A stretch of DNA of 63,916 nt, counting the filler, from Lenisia limosa (taxonomy: Eukaryota > Protista > Breviatea): assembly GCA_001655205.1 (NCBI GenBank). It is 9 parts of 9 records of this genome, joined end to end, with 100 filler letters (N's around TTAATTAATTAA, not from the genome) between each part and the next. Parts side by side here need not be neighbours in the genome. Positions count along the whole stretch, not along the records: positions 1 to 8,754 come from LPNZ01009282.1; positions 8,855 to 11,703 come from LPNZ01007691.1; positions 11,804 to 16,792 come from LPNZ01006729.1; 6 more parts are not named here. One strand, 5' to 3'. A model generated the notes under the pieces. It saw only the letters and a program-made list of their open reading frames with translations, did not search any database and was not told the DNA's origin. The position numbers were made by a program, and so were the translations under genes. Shown here in pieces: positions 1 to 12,009 of this stretch. Positions within the stretch are counted from its first letter, which is position 1, and each line of letters opens with the position of its first letter.

Positions 1-2249
1 GACAGTGATGTGAGCAGCTCATTGGACCGGGTGGGGTGGGAGGTACAATTGGTAATTGATGAAAGGAAATTCCGGCTAGCAATACACGAGCAAATTGGGG
101 GGAGGTAAGTGGAAAATGAAACAAAAAAAGCACAAAATGAACACTGTGGCTGACAACACACGAGAGGGTTTATAATGAGGTAGGGGGGTGATTCAGAGTT
201 TCAAGAGAGGATGTTGTTTTAGGTTTTTTTTTTTTTTTATCTTTTCTAAACATTATGATTTGGATGACCCCAGTCAGATACTCCTTTTTCATTTCGCATT
301 TCTATTCATATACAGTGAGGGATAAGACTTGACCGATTTGCTATGTGATTTCCCAGGGAAAATCGGTCAAGACTGGTCCTGGTCACTGTTTATATTCTCT
401 TCTTACCACGTTAGGTTACTGTGGATTCCCCCGTCCGTGTCGCCACTCCAGAACACTCGCCAATTGTATGGGGATATTTCAAAAGCCTATATAGCCCAGG
501 CACATACAATTCCTCGATAAATCTATTTTTTGCTGAAGATCATTTTGATATTCCATCCGTCCCCCAGCTATCTCATTTCCCCATATNNNNNNNNNNNNNN
601 NNNNNNNNNNNNNNNNNNNNNNNNNNNNNNNNNNNNNNNNNNNNNNNNNNNNNNNNNNNNNNNNNNNNNNNNNNNNNNNNNNNNNNNNNNNNNNNNNNNN
701 NNNNNNNNNNNNNNNNNNNNNNNNNNNNNNNNNNAAGCGGAAGATGACGGCTGGATCACGGCTCGGAGTAAAGTCCAGGTCAGGCTTCCGGGCCTCCACT
801 CGTCTTCTTTTACTTTGTTGTTACCAACCCTTGTGTGATGCCAGACAACAAAATTGATTTGGGCTTTTCTTTGTTTCATACATTTTCCCCTCCCCTATCA
901 TGCTTTAAGAGCCTTATCACCTTCTCTCTTACATATCCTCTTCCTGTCTATGGTTTGTGTAATATACTAAATATCATACATATATATGTGATTGTTATCA
1001 TGACACGTACCTATAATGCAATAAAAATGGGAAACTGTTTTCATGTTTTTTCATGTTTTCCCTGTGTAGTTTTCCCTGTGTAGTTTGATTGAAAGACTTT
1101 CCTCAAATTATGGATATTTTTTATGAAAGGATTATCTTATATTCAGTACCCGGCTCACCCCTCTAGGTGCGCAGAGCACGTATGATGCGCTCACGTGTTG
1201 CGCCACAAACCGCCTCAGAGGACCATGCCGATGACGAGGCATCCGACATGTCACCCCTTGTTTGCGGCGGCAGGTTACAATTTGTACAAAAGAGCTCTGA
1301 TTGGGACTCTTAGAAACATGATAGTGTGGACGGCTTCGGCCGGATATCATCATATTTTATTTCTCACCTCTATATCTAATAAGCTGACCGAGCTTCAATT
1401 TTCATAATTTGGGCTTATCCAGAAAATCTGAATTTCAACAATCATTGATATATTTCGATGGTTTAGCAATCCTTATCCTACCGGAGTGAAATCTTAATCA
1501 TAACCTGTCCAGGCACCCCCCACTCCGGAGCCAGTGGAGGAAGAGATGCCTGATGAGGCCCTCGAAAAACGTGGGGGGTTGTGGATCTGGCTTGGGTTTA
1601 TTTGGGTTTCAATTCTCAGCTGATATTTCAAACCGGAAGATATTTCAAGAAGTGACTTTGACCTGTGTATTTTACCTGCTAAACGGCTCAATTCCCATTT
1701 CCCGACTCAAGCGGTGACTCAATAATCCTCCACAGCTACTGAAGAGTCCCTCGAAGCCTCCCAGATACCCTCAGTACCTGTGGTGGACAAAGTGAAAGAG
1801 AAAACTCAGCCAGAAACACCCCAAAAAGAGGAGCCGAAGGTTAAGGTTCATAGGGTATCGGCATCTCAGAAAGAAAGAAAACGAAAAGCCAATCTTCGAA
1901 AGAAAGAAAAGAAGAAGGCCGAAGCTCAGAAAAAGGTATGACTGGGGGGTTCGGCCATACATAATATAATTACCTATGACATACAATAGAAAGCTGTGTA
2001 CACAGAGTTGTAAGGCAAATGATTGGGTGAATTAATATTTGCTAATCCAATATCTCTTATAAGCGTGATGATGTGGACTTCGGCCAGATACAACCTAATT
2101 TTTTTATTTCTCATTGATATACATACAATATCAAATAAAAATTGTATACAACAAGTACACACATCTCTCATTTACAACTCCTATGATATTTGAAGTTATT
2201 CTTCTAGGCTGAATTGGAGAAGTACCAAACCTCTCCCACCTGTCAGTAG
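1..2249 (+). CDS. 5'-partial spliced gene, unknown protein with acidic/Pro-rich middle and Lys-rich C-terminus
   Basis: GT-AG bounded exons read by eye: AEDDGWITARSKVQ (~737-779), EDHADDEASDMSPLVCG (~1220-1273), APPTPEPVEEEMPDEALEK (~1511-1570), ATEESLEASQ...KERKRKANLRKKEKKKAEAQKK (~1729-1936), AELEKYQTSPTCQ* (stop 2247-2249). No family recognised. Confidence 0.55.
312..389. mobile_element. Hairpin/MITE-like element family R4, copy 1
   Basis: ACAGTGA...TCACTGT ends plus inner CTTGACCGATTT/AAATCGGTCAAG inverted repeat; related sequences at 9881-9945 and 59536-59580. Confidence 0.55.
1988..2121 (+). repeat. Dispersed repeat family R2 (~135-150 bp), representative copy
   Basis: GCAGAAAGCTGTGTGCACAGAGTTGTAAGGCAAATGATTGGGTGA...AGCGTGATGGTGTGGACGGCTTCGGCCAGATACAACC...ATTTCTCATTGCTAT. 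Other full or partial copies at ~1310-1375, 8466-8592(-), 9176-9305, 11085-11165, 11490-11570(-), 14539-14683, 50215-50280 and 62925-63080(-, gapped). Confidence 0.85.
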
Positions 2250-2395
2250 TTTGTTGGAAATATATCTAAGTAACTGCAATGTTGGTCCTCACTCCAACTC
2301 CACCCAGGGAAAGCCATACATCATCACTCTTATGAATAATAATAATACATTTACCAATACAATAATACTAGAGATGACAGTTAGTTATAATGAAG

Positions 2396-3867
2396 TTAGT
2401 ACTTCAGTCCCATCTTCTTCAGGGGCACGCAGTAACGGGTGGTGGTCTCGTTGCAGCTGGAGCATTAGAAATATAATAATTACAAGTATAATATGATATA
2501 TAATCCATAACCAATAACAAGGGAGAATTTCAAAAAGAAGGTAATCCTTACTTCCAATTTTCATCAGTCGGGCCCAACAAACATTTGAATAGATGGAGAC
2601 TCGCAGCTCTCATCACAGACCACACCATTCTTCATTGCGAAGGTGTAGATGCGCTGTGGGCATGAGCGGTTGGGACCATTTTCACAACATCATTTTCAAA
2701 ACAAATATCTTAAAATATCATCTAATTTGGCCAGCCCCCCCCCCCCCCCCNNNNNNNNNNNNNNNNNNNNNNNNNNNNNNNNNNNNNNNNNNNNNNNNNN
2801 NNNNNNNNNNNNNNNNNNNNNNNNNNNNNNNNNNNNNNNNNNNNNNNNNNNNNGCATTGTACGCACGCGGAATTTCATCTAAGGTAAAGTAAGACAGTTC
2901 AACTTCCACTGTTTAATTTCATCATTCACAATTGATCACGCATGAATATGCTCAGCTCAGCTCACCTCGTAGACTACTGTATCGTTCATGGTGACCTTCT
3001 TAAGACCTTCAGGAATCTAAACCATTACATGTGGTGATACGAAGAGTATGAAATGGCACTTATCATAATGGAACATATCAAGGCGAATTGAAAACTGCAA
3101 GAGCATGTGAATTAAGGAATAATGAACCTATGGATATTTATTATAATAGAGCCTACATGCTTCTAAATCCAGTTTAGCCAGCCCCTCTTGCCCACCTCCT
3201 CATCATCACCAACGTAATCAGCAGCCCACATGCGGAGTTCTTCGGGCTTAACCTGGGGAAGGGGGGGGGGGGTAAGAAAATGTATATAAAAAAACCCCAA
3301 AACCAGATAATTAAAATCATTGGGTTGAATAAAGCCCCCCCCACGGCGCTAGGGTCGTCAAAGTAGAAACTGATGCCGCTCTTCCTTCCCATCAGCTTCT
3401 CAAACTGTTCGGTTAGTAATGTTACGAAGTACATAGTGGGAATTTAGTTCATAAGGACCATGAATGGAATGCGGCACATCTGTCGGGGGAATGTGATTGG
3501 CCAAAAAAAAGTCAGAATTCGCAGAGCCCATACCTGTTCAAAAGCCTTGCAAGAGTCAGAATAAGATCCCTTCCTGCAGTAGACAGCAAGGGTTCCGCCC
3601 TTGATCTAAACGCATCAGCAATTGAACTTCGTAGTGATCTTCTATCATTGCGTACCATGATCAGGAAAAGAAAACCCACAAAATACGACACACAACACTT
3701 CCTCTCACTTTGTTGATTTTGATCTTTCCGAATTTCACAGCAAAGAAGTCGAAGAACCAGAGCACGGTAACGACGAAGGCAACAGCACCAATAAGGCAGA
3801 GGTACAGTGGTGAGGAGTAGACGGTCTCAATGACTGCGCGCATGTCAAATTGGGAAGTGCTTTCCAT
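2396..3867 (-). CDS. TEX264: TEX264-like protein (N-terminal TM anchor + GyrI-like domain)
   Basis: Spliced: MESTSQ...LCLIGAVAFVVTVLWFF...KINK|IKGGTLAVYCRKGSYSDSCKAFEQ|FEKLMGRKSGISFYFDDPSA|VKPEELRMWAADY...|IPEGLKKVTMNDTVVYE|MKFRVRTM...|...TRYCVPLKKMGLKY*. Parallels from memory the TEX264/GyrI pattern (G.Y, YYDNP..VP...R, FMCPL). Orthology not verified by search. Confidence 0.65.
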
Positions 3868-4322
3868 AATTCTTCAATAGAAGGGTAGGAAGGGGACAAG
3901 GGTCAGAGGTTGGAGCAAACGGTCGAAATAAGAAGCAGGAAATGTTTCTCGGTTATTTATGTTTGCTTAACGGAATTCAAAATAAATAACACGCGTAAAA
4001 GGGGTAAAATTTGAATAGAATCGAAGAGAAGAATACTTAAATACTCAAAATTGACCGCCCGGAAATCAGATTCAAGATGTATTCTACTCCAATATTCTTC
4101 GGTAAACTAATAAAATAATGTTAATTATAAAAAATCTGGCTTAATAACAAGACATTGAAAGGATTGTTCCACCCATATTGTTGATTGCGTTAGCGCGAGT
4201 CTATTTAAAGGAAAACAATTTTTCTATTAATCCTTTTCGTTAAACTACTATTGTTCGCAAAAATAACCAACGAACATTAAATTTGCAGACTAAACACTGA
4301 GTAGTCTATAAGGCAAGTCACT

Positions 4323-5648
4323 ATGGAGCCACAGAGAAAAGCGCTTGTCCTAAACGCACTGGCAGCATTGGGCGTTTTTATGTTTTGCATTCTTACCAAC
4401 GAAGCCTCGTGGGAGACTCCTTTCAAAGTCGGATCTGGTTGCCTTCCATTGTTGTTATCGTGTTATTATGGATGGGCTTCAAATACGTTTTCAGGCTGAA
4501 AAAAAGAACCGTTCCACAGTGCATACCATAGACATTTTTCAATACATCATCAGCATCACATCAACACCAACATTAACATTACTTACAACAACTCGTCACC
4601 ATCACCAACAACATTAACATTATCAATATCAACACCAACGTCAACACCATTTACCATCAACATCTTACATGAACAGGCAGACACCCCTGGGTTCTACTCG
4701 ACATTGACAAGACTTCTGGCTGTCCAGTCCATTTTTCTTGGCTTGAGGTTTGCCTCCAAGGTTCGAAGGGATGTCACCGTCAAAATATCGGGGATTCACT
4801 CCTGGTTTTTGGATAGATTTAGCGTTGGTTGCTTGTGTTTGTTATTTTTGTTTTGTTGTTTGGAGTTTTAGATTGTTCGGTTGATTAGTACCTTTACTCT
4901 TTCCACCTCGAAACTGCCTTCGTTTTACTAGTGATGGGATGTGGTACTGCAGAAACAAGTGGCCTCTGCTTTTTTTGTTTTGTTATTATCAACCCTCGTG
5001 TGTTGTCAGCCAACAGAGTCGATTTTGGGCGTTTTTGTTTCATTAATTTTCCAATTTTACCCCCCCCCCCCAGTACATTGAGGCGAAGGACCCACACCAA
5101 GATCAGGTTGTTGTCGGAGCTGAGGCCCCCGTCTACTTTGTCTGTGTCTTAACTTACAGTGGGGGGGGGGGCTTCGTTTCGCTCTCTTTTGCTGTGGGTA
5201 TTTTGAAAATGTTCCATTGCTACCCCCCCCCCCTGTCTGTAAGCTTCTGTTTGTGTTTACTTTATTGGTGGTTGGCTAATTACCTTCAACCCCCTCCCCA
5301 AATCATTTTTCTTACCAGCAGTCTACATGCTGGGTGATGTGTTGCGTTCGGAGTTCGTTTTCGCTGGAGTCTCCGTCATTCTCCTCACAATGTCCTACTC
5401 AATATACGCTGGCAGGATTTATATCCGTGGGGGGGGGGGTATAAATGTTGGATACATCCTATTCAGTCTCAACAGTTTCCTCGTTAAAACTAGCCTCTCC
5501 GTTTTTGCTTGTTAAAAAAGTGACAAAGAGCCAACATAGAACAACCCATCAAATTGAGGCCATTTACTCACCATATGTAGCGACGGTCCACTTCGAGTCT
5601 CCATGCTCCCCCAGAATCCCAGAGAAGGCGGATAAGAAGCAGGATTAA
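4323..5648 (+). CDS. Small multi-pass membrane protein, unknown function
   Basis: Exons MEPQRKALVLNALAALGVFMFCILTNEASWETPFK|...TLTRLLAVQSIFLGLRFASK|YIEAKDPHQDQVVVGAEAPVYFVCVLTY|...SEFVFAGVSVILLTMSYSIYAGRIY|...PEKADKKQD*, with several hydrophobic helices. Confidence 0.55.
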
Positions 5649-6329
5649 AGGGTTGTATTCATTTCTGTACCATATATTATCTTGTAGTTTTAAGTTTATG
5701 CACTTATTTGCTTTTTTGCTATTCTGTGATGTAGCACCATGCTATTTCTGACCAAAGATATATACAAGAGCATTTGGCCAAAGCCACATTGAGAGATATT
5801 GACTTGAGCATCTGGCAGCAATACTCCGGCACACATACAACTATGTACATACTATTATAGCCAAGAAGTCCATCCACACGAACACTATTGCCTAAGAATC
5901 CCCAAGTTAGTGATATCCCCCCCCCCCCAGGNNNNNNNNNNNNNNNNNNNNNNNNNNNNNNNNNNNNNNNNNNNNNNNNNNNNNNNNNNNNNNNNNNNNN
6001 NNNNNNNNNNNNNNNNNNNNNNNNNNNNNNNNNNNNNNNNNNNNNNNNNNTATCGATATCAAGGTTTAATCGAAAATTTCAGTCTTTAGGGAAGCCCTAG
6101 CTACAACCAAGAAATATCCCCACGTTTAAGCAGGAAATTAATACTCTCTGCACTTATAACCAAGAATCTCATCACTTAGTTGGGTATTATATCCTGGCAC
6201 TTATAAGCAACAAGATTATCCCCATGTTCGTGTGAAATATACGTCCGCACATTGATTCCCCCCTTGTACCAAGATATTATACCAAGAAACATGCATTGCA
6301 GAGCCGGGGGTCTCCCTCGCCGGCTAGCA

Positions 6330-8050
6330 CTATACCGACACAACCGGCGCAAGAGCGTGAGTTACTTCAGGAACATAGTAGTACACCGCCAGCATGCAGA
6401 CGTAGATCAAAGTCAATGACCATCCTGGGGAGGGGGGTATAATTGAAAGTTTAAAATGGAATATGAGCAAAAATATATGGGGGAAATCATGGGTGAGAAC
6501 CAGGTTTGAATGTAATTAGCCGCCCACCAATAAAGTAATTGGATCTACCATCAATGGAAATGTAGTTTATGATCACCACTGAGATCAGAATGGCAAACCT
6601 GCGGGAGTGAGAAATTGGAGGGATCAAAGTTGTAAATATCACATGAAAAACCAATTCGAGAAATCCTCCACGAAGATTGTCACAAAGCCCCCCCCCCCCT
6701 CGAGAGACTTTACTCTTTATGATCCTAGTTTCAATAGAGACTTTACTCTTTATGATCCTAGTTTCAATAGAGACTTTACTCTTTATGATCCTAGTTTCAA
6801 TAGAGACTATACTCTTTATGATCCTAGTTTCAATAGAGACTTTACTCTTTATGATCCTAGTTTCAATAGAGACTATACTCTTAATGATCCTAGTTTCAAT
6901 AGAGACTTTACTCTTTATGATCCTAGTTTCAATAGAGACTATANNNNNNNNNNNNNNNNNNNNNNNNNNNNNNNNNNNNNNNNNNNNNNNNNNNNNNNNN
7001 NNNNNNNNNNNNNNNNNNNNNNNNNNNNNNNNNNNNNNNNNNNNNNNNNNNNNNNNNNNNNNNNNNNNNNNNNNNNNNNNNNNNNNNNNNNNNNNNNNNN
7101 NNNNNNNNNNNNNNNNNNNNNNNNNNNNNNNNNNNNNNNNNNNNNNNNNNNNNNNNNNNNNNNNNNNNNNNNNNNNNNNNNNNNNNNNNNNNNNNNNNNN
7201 NNNNNNNNNNNNNNNNNNNNNNNNNNNNNNNNNGAAATGCCGATGAGAACCGGGATTTCGAGAAGAGCGATCTGAATCAATAAATTCCGTCAGTTTTTGA
7301 AGACAATCTTGGAGTACAGAGTAAGGAGATATTACTTTTGACAATAAAAGAAGAATAAAAAATGGCAGAAAAATTTGTTGCACAGTATAGGACTTCTGTA
7401 GCGTCACTAAATGACCATCTGTATCAATACTTGAAAACATTCAACTCTCTACCCCCTTCTTCACTAATGGGATTTGTTTGTATATTTTTCATCCTTATTT
7501 CCCAATGTAGGCCAACAGATTTGATTCTGGGGTTTTGTTTTGTACCGTAAATGTTTTAAACCCCCCTCCCCCTCGGACCTGCACTGCAGCGGCGAGTCCG
7601 ATTTCGATGGAAAGGTCAATGCGGTTCTGGAGGGCAAATTGGACCGCGTTCACCATTTCGGCAATGTTCGGTACCAGGGCTGCGGGGGGGGGGGGGGNNN
7701 NNNNNNNNNNNNNNNNNNNNNNNNNNNNNNNNNNNNNNNNNNNNNNNNNNNNNNNNNNNNNNNNNNNNNNNNNNNNNNNNNNNNNNNNNNNNNNNNNNNN
7801 NNNNNNNNNNNNNNNNNNNNNNNNNNNNNNNNNNNNNNNNNNNNNNNNNNNNNNNNNNNNNNNNNNNNNNNNNNNNNNNNNNNNNNNNNNNNNNNNNNNN
7901 NNNNNNNNNNNNNNNNNNNNNNNNTCGAGATCAACACATATCAATAAATCCTCAATCTATTTGGAACTTTCATCTCCCCTTCCCCTACCAATACAAGTTA
8001 CTCCAACAAAGCCCTCGGGAATATCGAGAGCGTTCAGCGTCGGTTTCACC
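6330..8050 (-). CDS. Vnx1/CAX-type cation/H+ exchanger (CaCA family), 3' part only
   Basis: Exons VKPTLNALDIPEGFVGVT, AALVPNIAEMVNAVQFALQNRIDLSIEIGLAAAVQ, IALLEIPVLIGI, FAILISVVIINYISIDGRSNYFI, GWSLTLIYVCMLAVYYYVPE. These match the Vnx1/CAX alpha-2 repeat (ALVPN..E..NA..FA...I.LS.EIG) and the C-terminal DG.SNYF motif. Confidence 0.85.
6703..6943. repeat. 33-bp intronic minisatellite (at least 7 units, runs into a gap)
   Basis: GAGACT(T/A)TACTCTT(T/A)ATGATCCTAGTTTCAATA repeated head to tail with no spacers, inside an intron of the exchanger gene. Confidence 0.95.
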
Positions 8051-8639
8051 TTGACAATGAGGGGGAGGTAATGACTTAGAAATAATATATAGCAATGAGA
8101 AAAAAAAAAATGNNNNNNNNNNNNNNNNNNNNNNNNNNNNNNNNNNNNNNNNNNNNNNNNNNNNNNNNNNNNNNNNNNNNNNNNNNNNNNNNNNNNNNNN
8201 NNNNNNNNNNNNNNNNNNNNNNNNNNNNNNNNNNNNNNNNNNNNNNNNNNNNNNNNNNNNNNNNNNNNNNNNNNNNNNNNNNNNNNNNNNNNNNNNNNNN
8301 NNNNNNNNNNNNNNNNNNNNNNNNNNNNNNNNNNNNNNNNNNNNNNNNNNNNNNNNNNNNNNNNNNNNNNNNNNNNNNNNNNNNNNNNNNNNNNNNNNNN
8401 NNNNNNNNNNNNNNNNNNNNNNTAGGAAAATTTATGAAACAAAACAAAAGCCCAAATCAAGTCTATATATAGCAAGGTTGTATCTGGCCGAAGCCATCCA
8501 CAACATCACGATTATCAGAGATTATGAATTAAAGTATATATTATTCACCAATCATTTGCCTTACAACTCTGTGCACGCGGCTTTATGCGTGCCTCTAGTC
8601 AAAGATCATCATTATTACGCTCATCTCTCACCGTCGTCG

Positions 8640-8754
8640 TTGTTGCGCCCTCTCACCATCACCATATTGCGCCCTCTCACCATCACCATATTACGCCCTC
8701 TCACCATCATCGTTAATAGGCCCTCTCACCATCATCGTTAATAGGCCCTCTCAC
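8640..8754. repeat. Short tandem repeat (24-25 bp units, CCCTCTCACCATCA core)
   Basis: About 5 units seen at the scaffold end. Confidence 0.8.
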
Positions 8755-8798
8755 NNNNNNNNNNNNNNNNNNNNNNNNNNNNNNNNNNNNNNNNNNNN

Positions 8799-8810
8799 TT
8801 AATTAATTAA
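8799..8810. other. Artificial six-frame-stop scaffold linker TTAATTAATTAA
   Basis: Identical 12-mer flanked by N runs also at 11748, 16837, 21159, 23311, 24759, 46038 and 58672. Confidence 0.98.
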
Positions 8811-9359
8811 NNNNNNNNNNNNNNNNNNNNNNNNNNNNNNNNNNNNNNNNNNNNAGGGAGCCATAACCTGAACTGTGAGGAGTGTGGCGTGTGTGTGTTT
8901 TTGTTCTTTTTTTAAAAAAAATGTTTGGTTGGATATTCAAACACTCATACATTGCTTTTCTAATCTTGTCTTATTGAAATAACCCCCGGTTTTAGAACGA
9001 GTTTCTTCATAGTAGATACAAAATACATGTATATCACTATAGTATGATATGTATACAAATTATACTATATTATACTATATCATATGATATAATACTATAG
9101 CTATACTATATTAAATATGAAATATATAATACATTTATCGATATGTAAAATATAATTTTGAATGACCTGAACTGTGAGTAATCTGTGTGTGCACGTTGTA
9201 AGGCAAATGATTGGGTGACTTAATATGATACTATAATAAAAAAAACTCTGATTAGCGTGATGATGACTTCGGTCAGATACTACCTTCTTATTTCTCATTG
9301 CTACATGAATATACTATTCTATGTTTGCATAGAAAGGGGGGGGTACGATCCCCCATTAG

Positions 9360-10925
9360 CATAATACCCCACAAACCGAGTGGCTGAACCCCGTACTACT
9401 CCGTCTTGTGCTCTACAGAATTAATAATAATTGTAAAAAAAAAATGGGAGGGAGGGGGAGTAAAATTAACAAATTCATATACTATGCATAGTATTTGAAA
9501 AAAAATAAAAGCCCAAAATCAACTCTGATATACCCCCCACTGCGCCAGCGCTCATGTCCATTAAGGGGTGATCCCCTACATCCACGGAAATTATGGAACT
9601 GCTTTGGGACCGGCTGCTTTCCTTCTATATATGGTAAGTCTTTCCTAATTTGGTAATTCTTTTCTTTAATACTTGCGAGTGTTTACTGATAGTATTGTAT
9701 CTATATAGCTATGATAGCAATGAGAAATACAAAACAAGGTTGAATAATACATAGCGATATAGCATTAAAATGATATGGCTGTTTCTCTTAAAATATGTAT
9801 GAATGCTGGGTGAAATAATATACTAAATAATATACTACAATTCAATATCTTTTTATTTCGCATTGCTATATTATACAAATAGTGACCGGGATAAGTCGAC
9901 TCTCTTTGGGAAATTATTGAACAAATCGGTCAAGACTTATCCCGGGCAATCGCCCAGGTATGTATGGGGCACACCTCCCCCTACGGAGTTTTGGATTTGT
10001 AGAATGGAGTCGAAATTGAGGTTTGAGCTTGATGGGAGTGACTTGAAAGAAGTATTTGGGACCATTAGCTGCGGGTTTACCTGGGGGGGGGAGAGTGAAC
10101 AAAAGAAATATGTTATTACTGCGATAATGTCGATAAAAGCCTACAATAATCGATAGATCTAGTCCCCCTCCCCCCACAGTGGTAGAACTAATGCCATAGA
10201 CGGCAATTTCACCCTGACTGGAGTGGACAACACTCGGCAACTGACTAAGCTTCACAGCCACTCTCTTTCTCTTTCCGCCATCGTCAATCATAAGCCAAAG
10301 ACTCATGGACGTATCAGTCATGTCTCCAAGAAGCATAGTCCTAAATCATAAGCCAAAGACTCATGGATGTATGTATCAGTCANNNNNNNNNNNNNNNNNN
10401 NNNNNNNNNNNNNNNNNNNNNNNNNNNNNNNNNNNNNNNNNNNNNNNNNNNNNNNNNNNNNNNNNAAATCCTGAAGATTATTAGAAAGAAACAAAATCCT
10501 GATAGCATCTTAAATAAAATCCTGATAGCACACTAAGACTGAGAAAGAAATAAAGTCCTGATAGCACATTCAGAGCTTCACCCCCCCATTATACACCCCC
10601 ATTAGACACCCCCATACCCGCTGAGGCCTTCGGCAAACTTCTGCGTACACACCATAGTACCTGGGTTACGTAAGTAATGCATGTAATATAAGTATTTCAC
10701 ACCTCAACGTATACGCCTTTANNNNNNNNNNNNNNNNNNNNNNNNNNNNNNNNNNNNNNNNNNNNNNNNNNNNNNNNNNNNNNNNNNNNNNNNNNNNNNN
10801 NNNNNNNNNNNNNNNNNNNNNNNNNNNNNNNNNNNNNNNNNNNNNNNNNNNNNNNNNAATAAAACGGCCCGTGGTCATGGTAGGTCCGGTTAATTGGAAC
10901 TTCGGAGCTCCACACACAACCACGC
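9360..10925 (-). CDS. Fragmentary spliced gene, unknown product
   Basis: Exon-like segments with GT/AG ends: WSSEVPINRTYHDHGPFY, YYGVYAEVCRRPQR, DDGGKRKRVAVKLSQLPSVVHSSQGEIAVYGISST, GKPAANGPKYFFQVTPIKLKPQFRLHSTNPKL. Frames not fully linked. Confidence 0.4.
9881..9945. mobile_element. Hairpin/MITE-like element family R4, copy 2
   Basis: Perfect 12-bp inverted repeat CCGGGATAAGTC (9886-9897) / GACTTATCCCGG (9934-9945); shares AAATCGGTCAAGAC with 312-389. Confidence 0.55.
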
Positions 10926-12009
10926 CGGCGACAGACCTAAAACACAGTAAAGACGTGTTTCGATGTTGCCCTAGATTTTGAAATAATTATTTATTGTTCA
11001 AATAAAAATAGTTAGTTTTTGTTTTCTCTCACTCTCTCTCTCCATATCCCCCACCACACACTCCATAAAACAATCCGTATATTATTGGAATATCTCTTCT
11101 GAGCGTGATGGTGTGGACTGCTTCAACCAGACACAACCTTTTTTTTTATTTCTCCTTGATATCATATGATATATCCCCTCCCCCATCCCCCTGCCAGTAG
11201 CCAANNNNNNNNNNNNNNNNNNNNNNNNNNNNNNNNNNNNNNNNNNNNNNNNNNNNNNNNNNNNNNNNNNNNNNNNNNNNNNNNNNNNNNNNNNNNNNNN
11301 NNNNNNNNNNGATCTGAAAAATATCGATATTTATCGAGAATTCAGTCTTTTTTGAACCAGAAGCTCTATCGCTACACCCCAGCTCCATCATCTTCCCTAA
11401 CACCCCAGCTCCATCATCTTCCTGAACACCCCAGCTCCATTATAGCAGCACCGCACGCACATAAGACCATTATCATATCATACGATATAAATAGCAATGA
11501 GAAGTTAAAAAAAAAAGGTTGTATCTGGCCGAAGCCATCCACACCATCACGCTGATAAGAGATACCGGATTATAGTTTATTAATATGATGTATTACGTCT
11601 ATTATATACCCCCCCCACCTCCCGGTAGCAAGGCCGGCACGGACTCTGATTCCGCCTCGGAAGTGCTTATTTAGAATTTCCACCTGGACAATAACCACTT
11701 ATGNNNNNNNNNNNNNNNNNNNNNNNNNNNNNNNNNNNNNNNNNNNNTTAATTAATTAANNNNNNNNNNNNNNNNNNNNNNNNNNNNNNNNNNNNNNNNN
11801 NNNCCCCCACATGGCTTTTTAGATAGTATATCATATCATAGTATATGATAGTACATAGTATATAAATATTCTACATTGTATACCATATATCAATATATGA
11901 GATATAGCTATATGCATAATATATATAATATATGTTATACTACTATTACGTAATATAATACCTTTGATATTCATTCGTTATCTTTGATTACCTAACTCCT
12001 ATTTAGAAG

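Noticed and set aside
6607-7275. ORFs with RDFTLYDPSFN / VSIETRIIKSK repeats; CRISPR-like appearance
   Set aside because: A pure 33-bp tandem repeat with no spacers, lying in an intron. The ORFs are open only because of the repeat and Ns.
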